DNA of 64,000 nucleotides from an uncultured Alphaproteobacteria bacterium (GTDB lineage Bacteria; Pseudomonadota; Alphaproteobacteria; CAAHEQ01; UBA3637): NCBI GenBank assembly GCA_934202735.1, contig CAKPYH010000001.1, positions 75,614 to 139,613 of the forward strand, read 5' to 3'. Shown piece by piece: positions 56,078 to 64,000 of this stretch (position 1 is its first letter; each line of letters starts with the position of its first letter). The notes under the pieces were generated by a model. It saw only the letters and a program-made list of their open reading frames with translations, ran no database searches and was not told where the DNA came from. The position numbers and the translations under genes were made by a program.

Positions 56078-56672
56078 CAGACACCTCCGTAATTTTTAAG
56101 ATAGAACCATTTGAATTTGTTATACTTTTTATTTTTTGAACCGAGCCGGGCAGGGGGCTTTGCAGCAATTCGTCATCCACATGTTCCCCTTTCAAAAACA
56201 GGCACGTGGTTTTCGGTGTGATAAAAGAACGCCCCAAACGCAACAACTCCGCCACAGGGGCCAAAGCCCTGGCCGTCACGACATCAGCCGTCAGACCCAA
56301 AACGTGTTCAATGCGTTGATTTAAAACCAAAACAGGTATCTGTAAAACCCGAACGACTTCTTTCAAAAATAAAGACTTTTTTGTATCACTTTCAATCAGG
56401 ATAATCTGCTCCAGCGGTCCTTGATTGGTTTGATTCAAAATTGCCAACACCAAGCCCGGAAAGCCGGCACCACTTCCCATATCAACCAAAATACGGGCCG
56501 TATCGGGAATAAGCGGATACAGTTGGGCCGAATCCACAATATGCCGTTGATACAGGTCCGGCACTGTGGACGGAGCAATCAGATTGACTGCCTTTTGCCA
56601 TTTTTTCAATAATTCCATATAAATTGTGATTTCTTTTTGGGAATTATCCAAATATGTTTTTAATTGTTCCAT
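56070..56672 (-). CDS. rsmG: 16S rRNA (guanine527-N7)-methyltransferase RsmG/GidB
   Basis: MEQLKTYLDNSQKEITIYMELLKKWQKAVNLIAPSTVPDLYQRHIVDSAQL...VDMGSGAGFPGLVLAI... Start placed at ATG 56672, with AAAGG upstream. The track ATG 56708 would place a palindrome inside the CDS. Confidence 0.8.
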   Translation of the reverse strand: MEQLKTYLDNSQKEITIYMELLKKWQKAVNLIAPSTVPDLYQRHIVDSAQLYPLIPDTARILVDMGSGAGFPGLVLAILNQTNQGPLEQIILIESDTKKSLFLKEVVRVLQIPVLVLNQRIEHVLGLTADVVTARALAPVAELLRLGRSFITPKTTCLFLKGEHVDDELLQSPLPGSVQKIKSITNSNGSILKITEVSDD

Positions 56673-56681
56673 TTTTGCCTT

Positions 56682-56700
56682 TTGTTTCACGTGAAACATT
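56682..56700. promoter_or_regulatory. palindromic motif TTGTTTCACGTGAAACATT, copy 1 (14-bp perfect palindrome GTTTCACGTGAAAC at 56684-56697)
   Basis: Exact 19/19 repeat of 56758-56776. Lies just upstream of the rsmG-parA-parB start. Confidence 0.6.
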
Positions 56701-56757
56701 TGTATCATAGCAAAATATATTTTTCAACATATTTTCTCAAAAAATATATTTTTTTTA

Positions 56758-56776
56758 TTGTTTCACGTGAAACATT
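56758..56776. promoter_or_regulatory. palindromic motif TTGTTTCACGTGAAACATT, copy 2 (palindrome at 56760-56773)
   Basis: Identical to copy 1, 76 bp away, in the AT-rich spacer between the 152-aa secreted-protein gene stop and rsmG. Confidence 0.6.
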
Positions 56777-57223
56777 TTAATCAAAAACGAATTTAATAGT
56801 ATTGGTCGTTGCACAATCAGATGAACTATTTTTACCATTAACAAAAACAGAAACCGCCGACCGAACACGCGCCATCAAAAAAGAACATGTTTGTTTATCA
56901 ATTTGATTTAATTGAATATAAAAGCGATGAGCCCCATCCGGTCCGATGGTCCAATTCAAGCCGGAGAACGGAGATCCCATAACAGATGAACGGGAAACAG
57001 ATTCGTAATTTCCAAAATATCCTGTTTTAATTTCCATAGCCGTTTGTTCCACATCAGATAAAACCTGTGTACGCCGTGCAACAGATAAGCCCATCACAGC
57101 CGATTGTGTGGATTGGCGGGTGAGTGCACCTTGAACAGCCAAAGCCGACATCGTGTCAATCATTTGTGCTTGAACGCTATATGCTCCCAATAAAACACCT
57201 AAATAAATGAATGTATATTTCAT
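56777..57223 (-). CDS. hypothetical secreted protein (about 148 aa)
   Basis: MKYTFIYLGVLLGAYSVQAQ|MIDT... is a signal peptide. No recognised family. Confidence 0.5.
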   Translation of the reverse strand: MKYTFIYLGVLLGAYSVQAQMIDTMSALAVQGALTRQSTQSAVMGLSVARRTQVLSDVEQTAMEIKTGYFGNYESVSRSSVMGSPFSGLNWTIGPDGAHRFYIQLNQIDKQTCSFLMARVRSAVSVFVNGKNSSSDCATTNTIKFVFD

Positions 57224-57912
57224 TCTTTCCCCCATAAATGATCCGGAATCTTTTGCATAAACGCTTCATGTGCGGCCAACTCAGTCGCAGTTGGCGGAAA
57301 AGAACGCGGTTCATGATAGGGGCGTTTTTGCCCTGACACAACCCGTTCTGTTGTATTTTTTATTGTTTTATTTCCGGCACTTAAAACAAGACCCGGTTCA
57401 CGTCCGCCTATCAATTCCAAATAAACATCGGCCAATAATTCGCTATCCAACAATGCCCCGTGGACTGTTCGGGCAGATGCGTCCACATTAAACCGTTTGC
57501 ACAACGCATCTAAATTGACCTTATGGCCCGGAAATTGTTGCCGGGCCATCAACAAGGTATCCACCACCCGATCAAACGTCAGTTCCGGCCGACCGCACGC
57601 CGATAATTCAGCGTTTAAGAATTTCATATCAAAGGCCGCATTATGAATAACTAATCGGGAATCTGTTCCCACAAAGGCTAAAAACTTGTCGGCGATATCC
57701 CGAAACTTGGGTTTATCGGCCACAAACTCATTCGTAATACCGTGTACGGCAATAACTTCCTGATCCATTTCCCGTTCGGGGTTCAAGTATTCCTGAAACG
57801 TCCGCCCCGTGGGTACATGGTTTTCTAATTCAACGCATCCGATTTCAACGATTTTATGCCCTTGGGCCGGATCCAAACCCGTGGTTTCGGTATCTAAAAC
57901 AATTTCTCTCAT
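57220..57912 (-). CDS. dnaQ: DNA polymerase III epsilon subunit / DEDDh 3'-5' exonuclease
   Basis: MREIVLDTETTGLDPAQGHKIVEIGCVELENH...EVIAVHGITNEF...VIHNAAFDMKFL...HGALLDSELLADVYLEL... (Exo I-III motifs). Start ATG 57912. Confidence 0.85.
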   Translation of the reverse strand: MREIVLDTETTGLDPAQGHKIVEIGCVELENHVPTGRTFQEYLNPEREMDQEVIAVHGITNEFVADKPKFRDIADKFLAFVGTDSRLVIHNAAFDMKFLNAELSACGRPELTFDRVVDTLLMARQQFPGHKVNLDALCKRFNVDASARTVHGALLDSELLADVYLELIGGREPGLVLSAGNKTIKNTTERVVSGQKRPYHEPRSFPPTATELAAHEAFMQKIPDHLWGKE

Positions 57913-58281
57913 ACCTGATATTTTACAAAAAACACCCGAAAAAGGCAAGTAAATTGTGAATATTGGGGATAACTTTTTCAATAGACCTGTTCGGTGGAAA
58001 AAGTATTCAAAACTATCCCAAAAATATACACAACCGTCCGGCTGTTTCAAATAGACCTCTCATCAAAAAAGCAGGTTGAATCATCAACGATTCGAACGCT
58101 TTTTGAAATGATGTCAAGCAAAAAATAAAAAAGATATGCACGTTATGAACAGGTCCTACTCATACTATTTATTTATTATAATAGATTAGGAACGGGTTCG
58201 GTGGATAACATTTTCCATAAAATTATCCTTGCCAAGCCGGGGGCTTTTGTGATACAATGCACAGCAAGGAGAATGATGATG

Positions 58282-59676
58282 TTAAAACTATATAATACAG
58301 CCAGTCATAGTAAAGAAGTGTTTAAGCCTATCCACGATGGGGAAGTCCGGTTTTACGGGTGCGGTCCCACCGTTTATAACTATGCCCATATCGGCAACAT
58401 GCGGGCTTTTGTGTGCTATGATTTACTGAATCGTTATTTGCGGTACAAAGGATATAAGGTCACTTTTTGTATGAATTTGACGGACGTAGATGATAAAACG
58501 ATTCGTGATTCTCAGGCGACCGGTCGGAAATTACGTGAATTTACGGATTTCTATGCGGCGGCTTTCTTTAAGGATTGTGAAACCTTGAATATTCAGCGGC
58601 CGGATATAACACCACGGGCCACCGAAGAAATTCCCGCGATGCTGGAATTAATCCAACGCTTGATGGATAAGGGGTATGCTTATCAAACGCAAAAAGGTGA
58701 TATTTACTTTAAAATCAGTATGTTTCCTGAATATGGTCGCATGGCCGGCATTGATATGACACACTTGAAGAATAATGCGGACGGGCGTATGACGGCCGAT
58801 GAATATGATAAGGAAAGCGCGCAAGATTTTGCGCTATGGAAAGCTTGGACCGAAAAAGATGGTGAAAATTATTGGGAATCGCCTTGGGGGCGGGGGCGCC
58901 CGGGGTGGCATATTGAATGTTCGGCCATGTCGCATCGGTATTTAGGCCAACCGTTTGACATTCACATGGGGGGGATAGATTTGCTCTTCCCACATCATAC
59001 AAACGAAATTGCACAATCCGAATGTGCATACGGGGTCAAGTTTGTGAATTATTGGGTGCATAACGAACATATTACCGTCAACGGTAAAAAAATGTCTAAA
59101 TCATTGGGAAATTGCTTTAAGGTCAATGAGTTGCTTGAAAAGGGATATTCACCGCAAGCGATCCGTTACGAATTTATCAAAGCCCATTATCGTCAAAATA
59201 TGGACTTTCAGGAAAACAGTTTGGCCGGCAATCAATCGGTGATTGATAAGTTTTCTAATTTCAGGACGCGTTTGAAACAGGAAGCCAATGGTCCGGGTTG
59301 GGCCGATTTACAACCGGCTTTGGAACGCGTGCAGGCGGGCTTTGAGGCCGGTATGGATGATGATTTGAACACGCCGGAAGCCTTGGCGGCTCTCTTTGAT
59401 TTTATGGGGGAGGTCAATAAAAACTTTACGGCGTTAAGCGGTGAAGAGGCATCCCGAATCCGGGCCGTGATGGAACGGTTTGATTCGGTGTTGGGTATTT
59501 TACCCCCTGAAAAATCACAAGCATTGACACCGGCGCAACAAGATTTAATGACGCGGCGGCAGGAAGCCCGCTTGCAAAAAGATTGGGCAACGGCGGATGC
59601 TTTGAAAAAAGAGTTGTTAAATCAAGGGGTTGAAGTGAAAGATACGCCGCAAGGACCGGTGTGGCGTTTCATTTAG
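58282..59676 (+). CDS. cysS: cysteine--tRNA ligase
   Basis: MLKLYNTASHSKEVFKPIHDGEVRFYGCGPTVYNYAHIGNMRAF... (HIGH), ...KMSKSLGN.... Start is uncertain among three adjacent ATGs (58276-58282). Confidence 0.9.
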   Translation, partial: LKLYNTASHSKEVFKPIHDGEVRFYGCGPTVYNYAHIGNMRAFVCYDLLNRYLRYKGYKVTFCMNLTDVDDKTIRDSQATGRKLREFTDFYAAAFFKDCETLNIQRPDITPRATEEIPAMLELIQRLMDKGYAYQTQKGDIYFKISMFPEYGRMAGIDMTHLKNNADGRMTADEYDKESAQDFALWKAWTEKDGENYWESPWGRGRPGWHIECSAMSHRYLGQPFDIHMGGIDLLFPHHTNEIAQSECAYGVKFVNYWVHNEHITVNGKKMSKSLGNCFKVNELLEKGYSPQAIRYEFIKAHYRQNMDFQENSLAGNQSVIDKFSNFRTRLKQEANGPGWADLQPALERVQAGFEAGMDDDLNTPEALAALFDFMGEVNKNFTALSGEEASRIRAVMERFDSVLGILPPEKSQALTPAQQDLMTRRQEARLQKDWATADALKKELLNQGVEVKDTPQGPVWRFI

Positions 59677-59705
59677 GAGAGATGACAAGCAGACAGGCGG
59701 ACGGG

Positions 59706-60638
59706 TTATCTTTCCGCCTGTTGTGGGTGTGTAAACAAGGGTTCAGGATCCACGCGAACACCGTACCAGGTGAGGGTAAAGTGTAAATGCGGGCCTGTGG
59801 AACGGCCGGTTGTGCCGACTGACCCGATAACTTCTTTTGCACTAACGATTTGATTTTCTTTAACTTTTATATCACTTAAATGAGAGTAAGATGAAAAAAC
59901 ACCAAAGCCGTGATCTATTAAAACGGTTTGACCGCTGAAAAACATATTGGGGTGTGTAAGTACAACACGTCCCGGGGCCGGTGCCACAACCGGTGTACCG
60001 GTAGGGGCGGCGTAATCGGTCCCGCTATGTCCTTGTTTTTTCACACCATTTAGAATTCTGCGAGAGCCAAAAAAACTGGAAATACGTTTGAATTTCGGGA
60101 CCGGGCGTGTCCAGGTGGCGGGAAAAGCCGGGTAAGTGGAGGTGGCGCGGGCTTGCCGCAAAGCCAAAGCTTCCGCCGTAATTCGGGCCTGATCGGCCGG
60201 CGGCGGGGTTACTTTAGTCGGTGGCAGGCCGGAAATGTTTTCTTGTTTCCAAGGTGTTTCGGAAACCGGAAAAGTCATTTGTTTAGAACCGGTTGTATCC
60301 TGTAAGGTGAGAGAAAATTCACGGGAATCTTGGGGAATGCCCAGCACAAAACGACCAGTCGTATCCGGGATCACTTCAAATAATTTTGTAGTGTTTTTTC
60401 CGATATTTAAGGTGCGTTCTTGCACAAATAAATGCTCGCCGGGGGATAAGTGCCCATAAATCAACCGTCCGTCTGCCAGCGGGGTATCAAATGTCAAGGC
60501 GGCCGCCGTAAAAGAATAGAATGTAATTACAATGTAAGCACTGATGTATTTTGTAATCACTTTGTAATTACAGAGTAAAAATGTAATTACATTGTGATTA
60601 CATTTTGATGATGTATATACATTGTAATTACGTTTCAT
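59706..60638 (-). CDS. M23-family (LytM/lysostaphin-like) metallopeptidase; N-terminal about 45 aa are encoded by GTAATTAC repeat cluster 2, so start is uncertain
   Basis: C-terminal ...HSGTDYAAPTGTPVVAPAPGRVV...GQTVLIDHGFGVFSSYSHLS...GSVGTTGRSTGPHLHF... (HxxxD and HxH zinc motifs). An ATG at 60638 gives MKRNYNVYTSSKCNHNVITFLLCNYKVITKYISAYIVITFYSFTAAALTF.... No alternative ATG exists before KQMTFPV. Confidence 0.7.
   Translation of the reverse strand: MKRNYNVYTSSKCNHNVITFLLCNYKVITKYISAYIVITFYSFTAAALTFDTPLADGRLIYGHLSPGEHLFVQERTLNIGKNTTKLFEVIPDTTGRFVLGIPQDSREFSLTLQDTTGSKQMTFPVSETPWKQENISGLPPTKVTPPPADQARITAEALALRQARATSTYPAFPATWTRPVPKFKRISSFFGSRRILNGVKKQGHSGTDYAAPTGTPVVAPAPGRVVLTHPNMFFSGQTVLIDHGFGVFSSYSHLSDIKVKENQIVSAKEVIGSVGTTGRSTGPHLHFTLTWYGVRVDPEPLFTHPQQAER
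60519..60632. repeat. cluster 2 of (T)GTAATTAC(A)/TGTGATTACA/TGTAATCAC palindromic motifs, related to cluster 1
   Basis: Shared sub-blocks with cluster 1: AAAAATGTAATTAC(A/T)TTGTG...CATT...TTGTAATTACG and GTAATTACAATGT(G/A). The xseA stop codon TAA (60628-60630) lies inside the last unit. Confidence 0.85.
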
Positions 60639-61929
60639 GAAATAAATCTCCCTGTGATAAAGGGGAAACGGGTTCGTTTTTTTTCCGATGAGAGAGCGGT
60701 GCGGGGGATTGTCCGACCGGAATCGCTTCGGTGGTCCCATCGGCAAAGGTAATTTTCAGGCGTTTTTCGGCGCGCGCAACGGGGGATTGACTGATAATTT
60801 GACCTGAAGAGCCTGAAATCAAGGCAAATCCCCGTTCTAAAATGGAATGATATGAATATGATTTCAATAACTTAGAGTTTGTTTCCAGGCGTGAATTGAT
60901 CAGGTGCCAATACACCCCAAAAGCCTGGGTTAAGCGTTCGGAGCGATCGTCCAGGCGTTGGACAAAGTGTTCTATCACATCGCCCAAGTTGGGTAAAGCG
61001 CGGACCAGGGTAGTCAGGCGCAGTTGCTTGTCATCGGCCAGCCGGCACAAGGCATCCGTTAAACGGGTTCCCAATGTGTTCAAACGGACGGCCAAGTCTC
61101 GGCGGACAGGGACAGCCTTTTCCGCTGCGCCGGTCGGAGTAGGGGCGCGCAAGTCGGACACATAGTCAATCAGGGTGGTATCCGTTTCGTGACCGACGGC
61201 CGAAATAACCGGAATAACCGAATCGGCAACGGCACGGACGACAGTTTCTTCGTTAAAACACCATAAGTCTTCTAAACTGCCCCCGCCGCGGGCCACAATC
61301 AAAACGTCAGGACGGGGAATAGGACCGTCCGGGATGGATAGGCCGTCCGGCGGAATGGCATTAAAACCGCGTATAGCGGCCGTAATTTGATCGGCGGCCC
61401 CTTCGCCTTGGACTAAAACCGGCCACAGGTACACCTGTCGGGGAAAACGGTCGCGTAAACGATGCATAATATCCCGAATGACGGCACCGGTGGGACTGGT
61501 AATCACGCCGATGGTATCGGGTAGGTAGGGAATAGGCTTTTTACGAGAGTCGTCAAACAAGCCTTCTTTGGCCAACTTTTCCCGCCGTTCATTCAGCAGT
61601 TTTAACAACGCCCCGACACCGGCCGGTTCGGCCGTATCCACAATCATTTGATAATTGGATCGCCCGGGGTAGGTGGACAGTTTGCCCGTACAAACGATTT
61701 CCAGGCCTTCTTGTAAAGCATTTACGGTTTCGGCCGACCGACCCCGCCAACAGATGGCCGACAGGACGGAATCTTTGTCTTTCAGTGAAAAGTAAATATG
61801 TCCCGAAGCTGCTTTTTTCAGGCCCGAGACTTCCCCGCGCACACGGATATGAGCAAAAACACGCTCTACACAACTTTTTAACGTCAATGAGAGTTCTGAA
61901 ACGGATAAAATCGGTTGTTCGGTTTGTTC
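60628..61929 (-). CDS. xseA: exodeoxyribonuclease VII large subunit
   Basis: MEQTEQPILSVSELSLTLKSCVERVFAHIRVRGEVSGLKKAASGHIYFSLKDKDSVLSAICWRG... (OB-fold N-terminus) and a long C-terminal coiled region. Start ATG 61929. Confidence 0.85.
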   Translation of the reverse strand, partial: EQTEQPILSVSELSLTLKSCVERVFAHIRVRGEVSGLKKAASGHIYFSLKDKDSVLSAICWRGRSAETVNALQEGLEIVCTGKLSTYPGRSNYQMIVDTAEPAGVGALLKLLNERREKLAKEGLFDDSRKKPIPYLPDTIGVITSPTGAVIRDIMHRLRDRFPRQVYLWPVLVQGEGAADQITAAIRGFNAIPPDGLSIPDGPIPRPDVLIVARGGGSLEDLWCFNEETVVRAVADSVIPVISAVGHETDTTLIDYVSDLRAPTPTGAAEKAVPVRRDLAVRLNTLGTRLTDALCRLADDKQLRLTTLVRALPNLGDVIEHFVQRLDDRSERLTQAFGVYWHLINSRLETNSKLLKSYSYHSILERGFALISGSSGQIISQSPVARAEKRLKITFADGTTEAIPVGQSPAPLSHRKKNEPVSPLSQGDLFHET

Positions 61930-62002
61930 CATAAAACGAGTATAGCAGATTTTTCCCAAAAAGGAAAGGAAAATTCAGGGCAGGGGCGGGCGGAAAACAC
62001 AT

Positions 62003-62034
62003 CAAAAAAGCGTCCCGAAAATCGGGACGCTTTT
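62003..62034 (-). terminator. rho-independent terminator downstream of autotransporter gene
   Basis: AAAAAAGCGTCCCGAAAATCGGGACGCTTTT. 9-bp GC-rich stem, 5-nt loop, T6 run on the minus strand. Confidence 0.65.
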
Positions 62035-62046
62035 CATACCAAGGAA

Positions 62047-63762
62047 TTAGAAGTTGTACTTGAACTTGACCATTCCGGTGTTGGAGTAGTTATCCTTGCG
62101 GAAGGCCCCTTCATAGTTCAAGTGTAATTCGGCATTGTTCGCCTTGAACACCAGGCCGACACCGGCTTCTACACCGGCACGGTGCAGACGTTCACCTTGG
62201 ACTTGATATGACGAGACACCACCCAGGTAGATATTTGCCGTGTTATCCATGGCTTTTACGTCATACGTTGCCGCAATGTGAGCCGACGGGGTGAAGACGA
62301 TACCCGTATCTGTGGCAAAGTCTTTGGACACTTTCAAGTCAACAACCGCCGTTCCGACAGACGTATCTTTGTTTTCCACAAAGGTACCGAATTGGTTGGT
62401 GTGGCCCTTGTTATCCAAGAAGATATACCGGCCGCCGATACTGGCATCAAAAATATTCCACACATAACCGACCATACTTTGAATGGCATAGGTATCCGCC
62501 CGCCAATGTTCGCCGTTGCTCTTGTATGTGATACGGCCATAGTTCGCAATGGCACGAATGTACCAATCCGCCGGTTTATATTGCCCGTACACAAAGCCGT
62601 TATTCCCATACATGTTTGTTTTGTTGTGGTTTGTCGCGCTCAGGTGCGTTAATGTCCGACTGAACCCGGCCCCTAACAACAAGTCTTCGGAAACCTGAGA
62701 GTCTACACCCAAGGCAAACCCGCGGGAGTTGGCCCGGAAACCGTTGTTTTGATTGTTGTTGGTATGGTTGAACAAGCCTTGAATCCACGGACTTAAATGC
62801 AAGGTGGCTTCTTCATCGGACGAACCGCCCAAGCCTGATACACCACTCATCCGGTTGGCCGCCACATTCATGGCCGTGATGGAATCTTCCGTGGCCAGTT
62901 GTTGTTCGGGGGCCGTTGTCGGCTTCATGGCATCCAACAAGCCTTTGGCCGCGTCTGATTGTCCCATCTGAACCAAGGTGGCAATCGTATCATACGCCGA
63001 GTTGCCCGAAATGGACATCATCGCCTTTAAGATACCGGATTGATAATCATCATACCCGGCGGCGGCAATTTCCGATTGGGATTTTTGTGAGATGGAATAC
63101 CGGTTGATATTGGTGATACCGCGGGTTTCATCATCATACACAATGTTGTACATGTTGTTGTCCGCCACTTGAAAATCTACCGGGTTGCCATCGGCGTCCA
63201 CAAAAGCCAAAGAATCGTTCATACGGACCTGTTTGGTTTCACCGTTCGCCACGCTGCCGTTATCAATGACAAAGTGTGTTTCACCGTAAATACCGCCGTT
63301 TTCAATCAAAAATTCTTTGGCGGCGGTGGACCAGGAGTTTGCCCCCAGGCGTAAACCGGTATCCGATGTGAACTTCATCAAACCGTTCCACATTTCGGTG
63401 CCCCAACCCCATTTGGTATTGTCCAGGTTGATCAGGCCGGAGACAAATTCAATCGTACCGTCCCCGTTCAAAGAACCGTTTAATTCAATTTTGGGAGCCT
63501 TGAATTTGACATGATCCCGCAAGTCAACATACACCGACGCCATAGAGGGTGTGTCTTGAAACACCAAAGAGTCGGAATCGGACAGTTCGGCGCATTCCGG
63601 ACCGACGCAATCCACACCGTCTTTGGTGTATTGGAAATCATAGCCGTTGGTTTCATAGGCTTCAATGACGGCGGCTTGTGCGGTTGTGGTGGCGATAACA
63701 CCGACCCCTAAGGCACAAACGGCAGAAAATAATTTACTTTTCAACATGTTTTTCCCCTTCAT
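62047..63762 (-). CDS. autotransporter (type Va) protein, about 280-aa passenger plus C-terminal beta-barrel (571 aa)
   Basis: Signal peptide MKGKNMLKSKLFSAVCALGVGVIATTTAQA. Linker ...MNVAANRMSGVSGLGG.... Beta-domain ...FALGVDSQVSEDLLLGAGFSRT...YGQYKPADWYIRAIANYGRITY... ending ...GMVKFKYNF (terminal Phe). Confidence 0.7.
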   Translation of the reverse strand: MKGKNMLKSKLFSAVCALGVGVIATTTAQAAVIEAYETNGYDFQYTKDGVDCVGPECAELSDSDSLVFQDTPSMASVYVDLRDHVKFKAPKIELNGSLNGDGTIEFVSGLINLDNTKWGWGTEMWNGLMKFTSDTGLRLGANSWSTAAKEFLIENGGIYGETHFVIDNGSVANGETKQVRMNDSLAFVDADGNPVDFQVADNNMYNIVYDDETRGITNINRYSISQKSQSEIAAAGYDDYQSGILKAMMSISGNSAYDTIATLVQMGQSDAAKGLLDAMKPTTAPEQQLATEDSITAMNVAANRMSGVSGLGGSSDEEATLHLSPWIQGLFNHTNNNQNNGFRANSRGFALGVDSQVSEDLLLGAGFSRTLTHLSATNHNKTNMYGNNGFVYGQYKPADWYIRAIANYGRITYKSNGEHWRADTYAIQSMVGYVWNIFDASIGGRYIFLDNKGHTNQFGTFVENKDTSVGTAVVDLKVSKDFATDTGIVFTPSAHIAATYDVKAMDNTANIYLGGVSSYQVQGERLHRAGVEAGVGLVFKANNAELHLNYEGAFRKDNYSNTGMVKFKYNF

Positions 63763-63769
63763 TTATCTG

Positions 63770-64000
63770 TTAGCGTTGATTGGACAGATTTACCTGGAAC
63801 AATGTGCGGGCGGTTGACCCGAACAATTTATCCCCGGTTGCAACCAACTTTTTCGTCCCAACGGTCCGCTTTTCCGCCGTTACATAACGATCCGGCGAAA
63901 TAATCCGACCCGTTTTCGTTGTGTCAAACACAGCAATATCGTTACTGTCTTTGGCCGCCGCAAACAACCGGTTGCCGTTCACGGCCAAAGCCGACACAGC
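63770..64000 (-). CDS. C-terminal end of a gene whose start lies beyond the window (hypothetical; possible beta-propeller-type repeat)
   Basis: ...NGNRLFAAAKDSNDIAVFDTTKTGRIISPDRYVTAEKRTVGTKKLVATGDKLFGS...* The open frame continues to the window edge. Confidence 0.3.
   Translation of the reverse strand, partial: AVSALAVNGNRLFAAAKDSNDIAVFDTTKTGRIISPDRYVTAEKRTVGTKKLVATGDKLFGSTARTLFQVNLSNQR

Noticed and set aside
59685-59722. Hairpin ACAGGCGGA-n11-TCCGCCTGT between cysS and the M23 gene as a terminator
   Set aside because: No T-run follows it on either strand, and it overlaps the M23 stop codon region. It may still be an RNA structural element, but is not callable as an intrinsic terminator.

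Overview
This 64-kb window looks alphaproteobacterial. Gene order and content point to a Rickettsiales/Holosporales-like, host-associated organism; this lineage call is an inference. The core is a roughly 16.8-kb co-directional ribosomal super-operon on the minus strand: rpsL-rpsG-fusA-rpsJ-rplCDWB-rpsS-rplV-rpsC-rplP-rpmC-rpsQ-rplNXE-rpsNH-rplFR-rpsE-rplO-secY-adk-rpsMK-rpoA-rplQ. It has no tuf between fusA and rpsJ, no rpmD and no rpmJ, and adk is embedded in it. Housekeeping genes flank it: xerC/D-like, aroK, accA, lptF, ptsN-hpf, hemW, dgkA, greA, trxB, rsmE, holA-lptE, miaA, rsmG-parA-parB, dnaQ, cysS, xseA. Four regions are more unusual. (1) At the left edge an LptF/G-type permease reads in-frame, with no stop codon, straight into an LptD-type protein. 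(2) A prepilin-leader, cysteine-rich tandem-module protein sits between inverted arrays of a GTCATCTTCGGGC/TTGACCCGG repeat. (3) An AT-rich island of about 8.4 kb lies immediately 3' of a tRNA-Glu(CUC). It carries a duplicated ~555-bp element, a signal-peptide ankyrin-repeat protein that appears inserted at a duplicated 14-bp core, and an operon of two putative arylsulfotransferase-like beta-propellers plus an outer-membrane beta-barrel. (4) Two related families of short AT-rich palindromes occur (TGTAATTACA clusters; GTTTCACGTGAAAC pairs). A mazEF-like TA pair, a fused GHKL-REC-PP2C protein, Sel1 and autotransporter genes also occur. All calls are from by-eye reading of the six-frame track and manual reverse-complement translation. 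No database searches were run.
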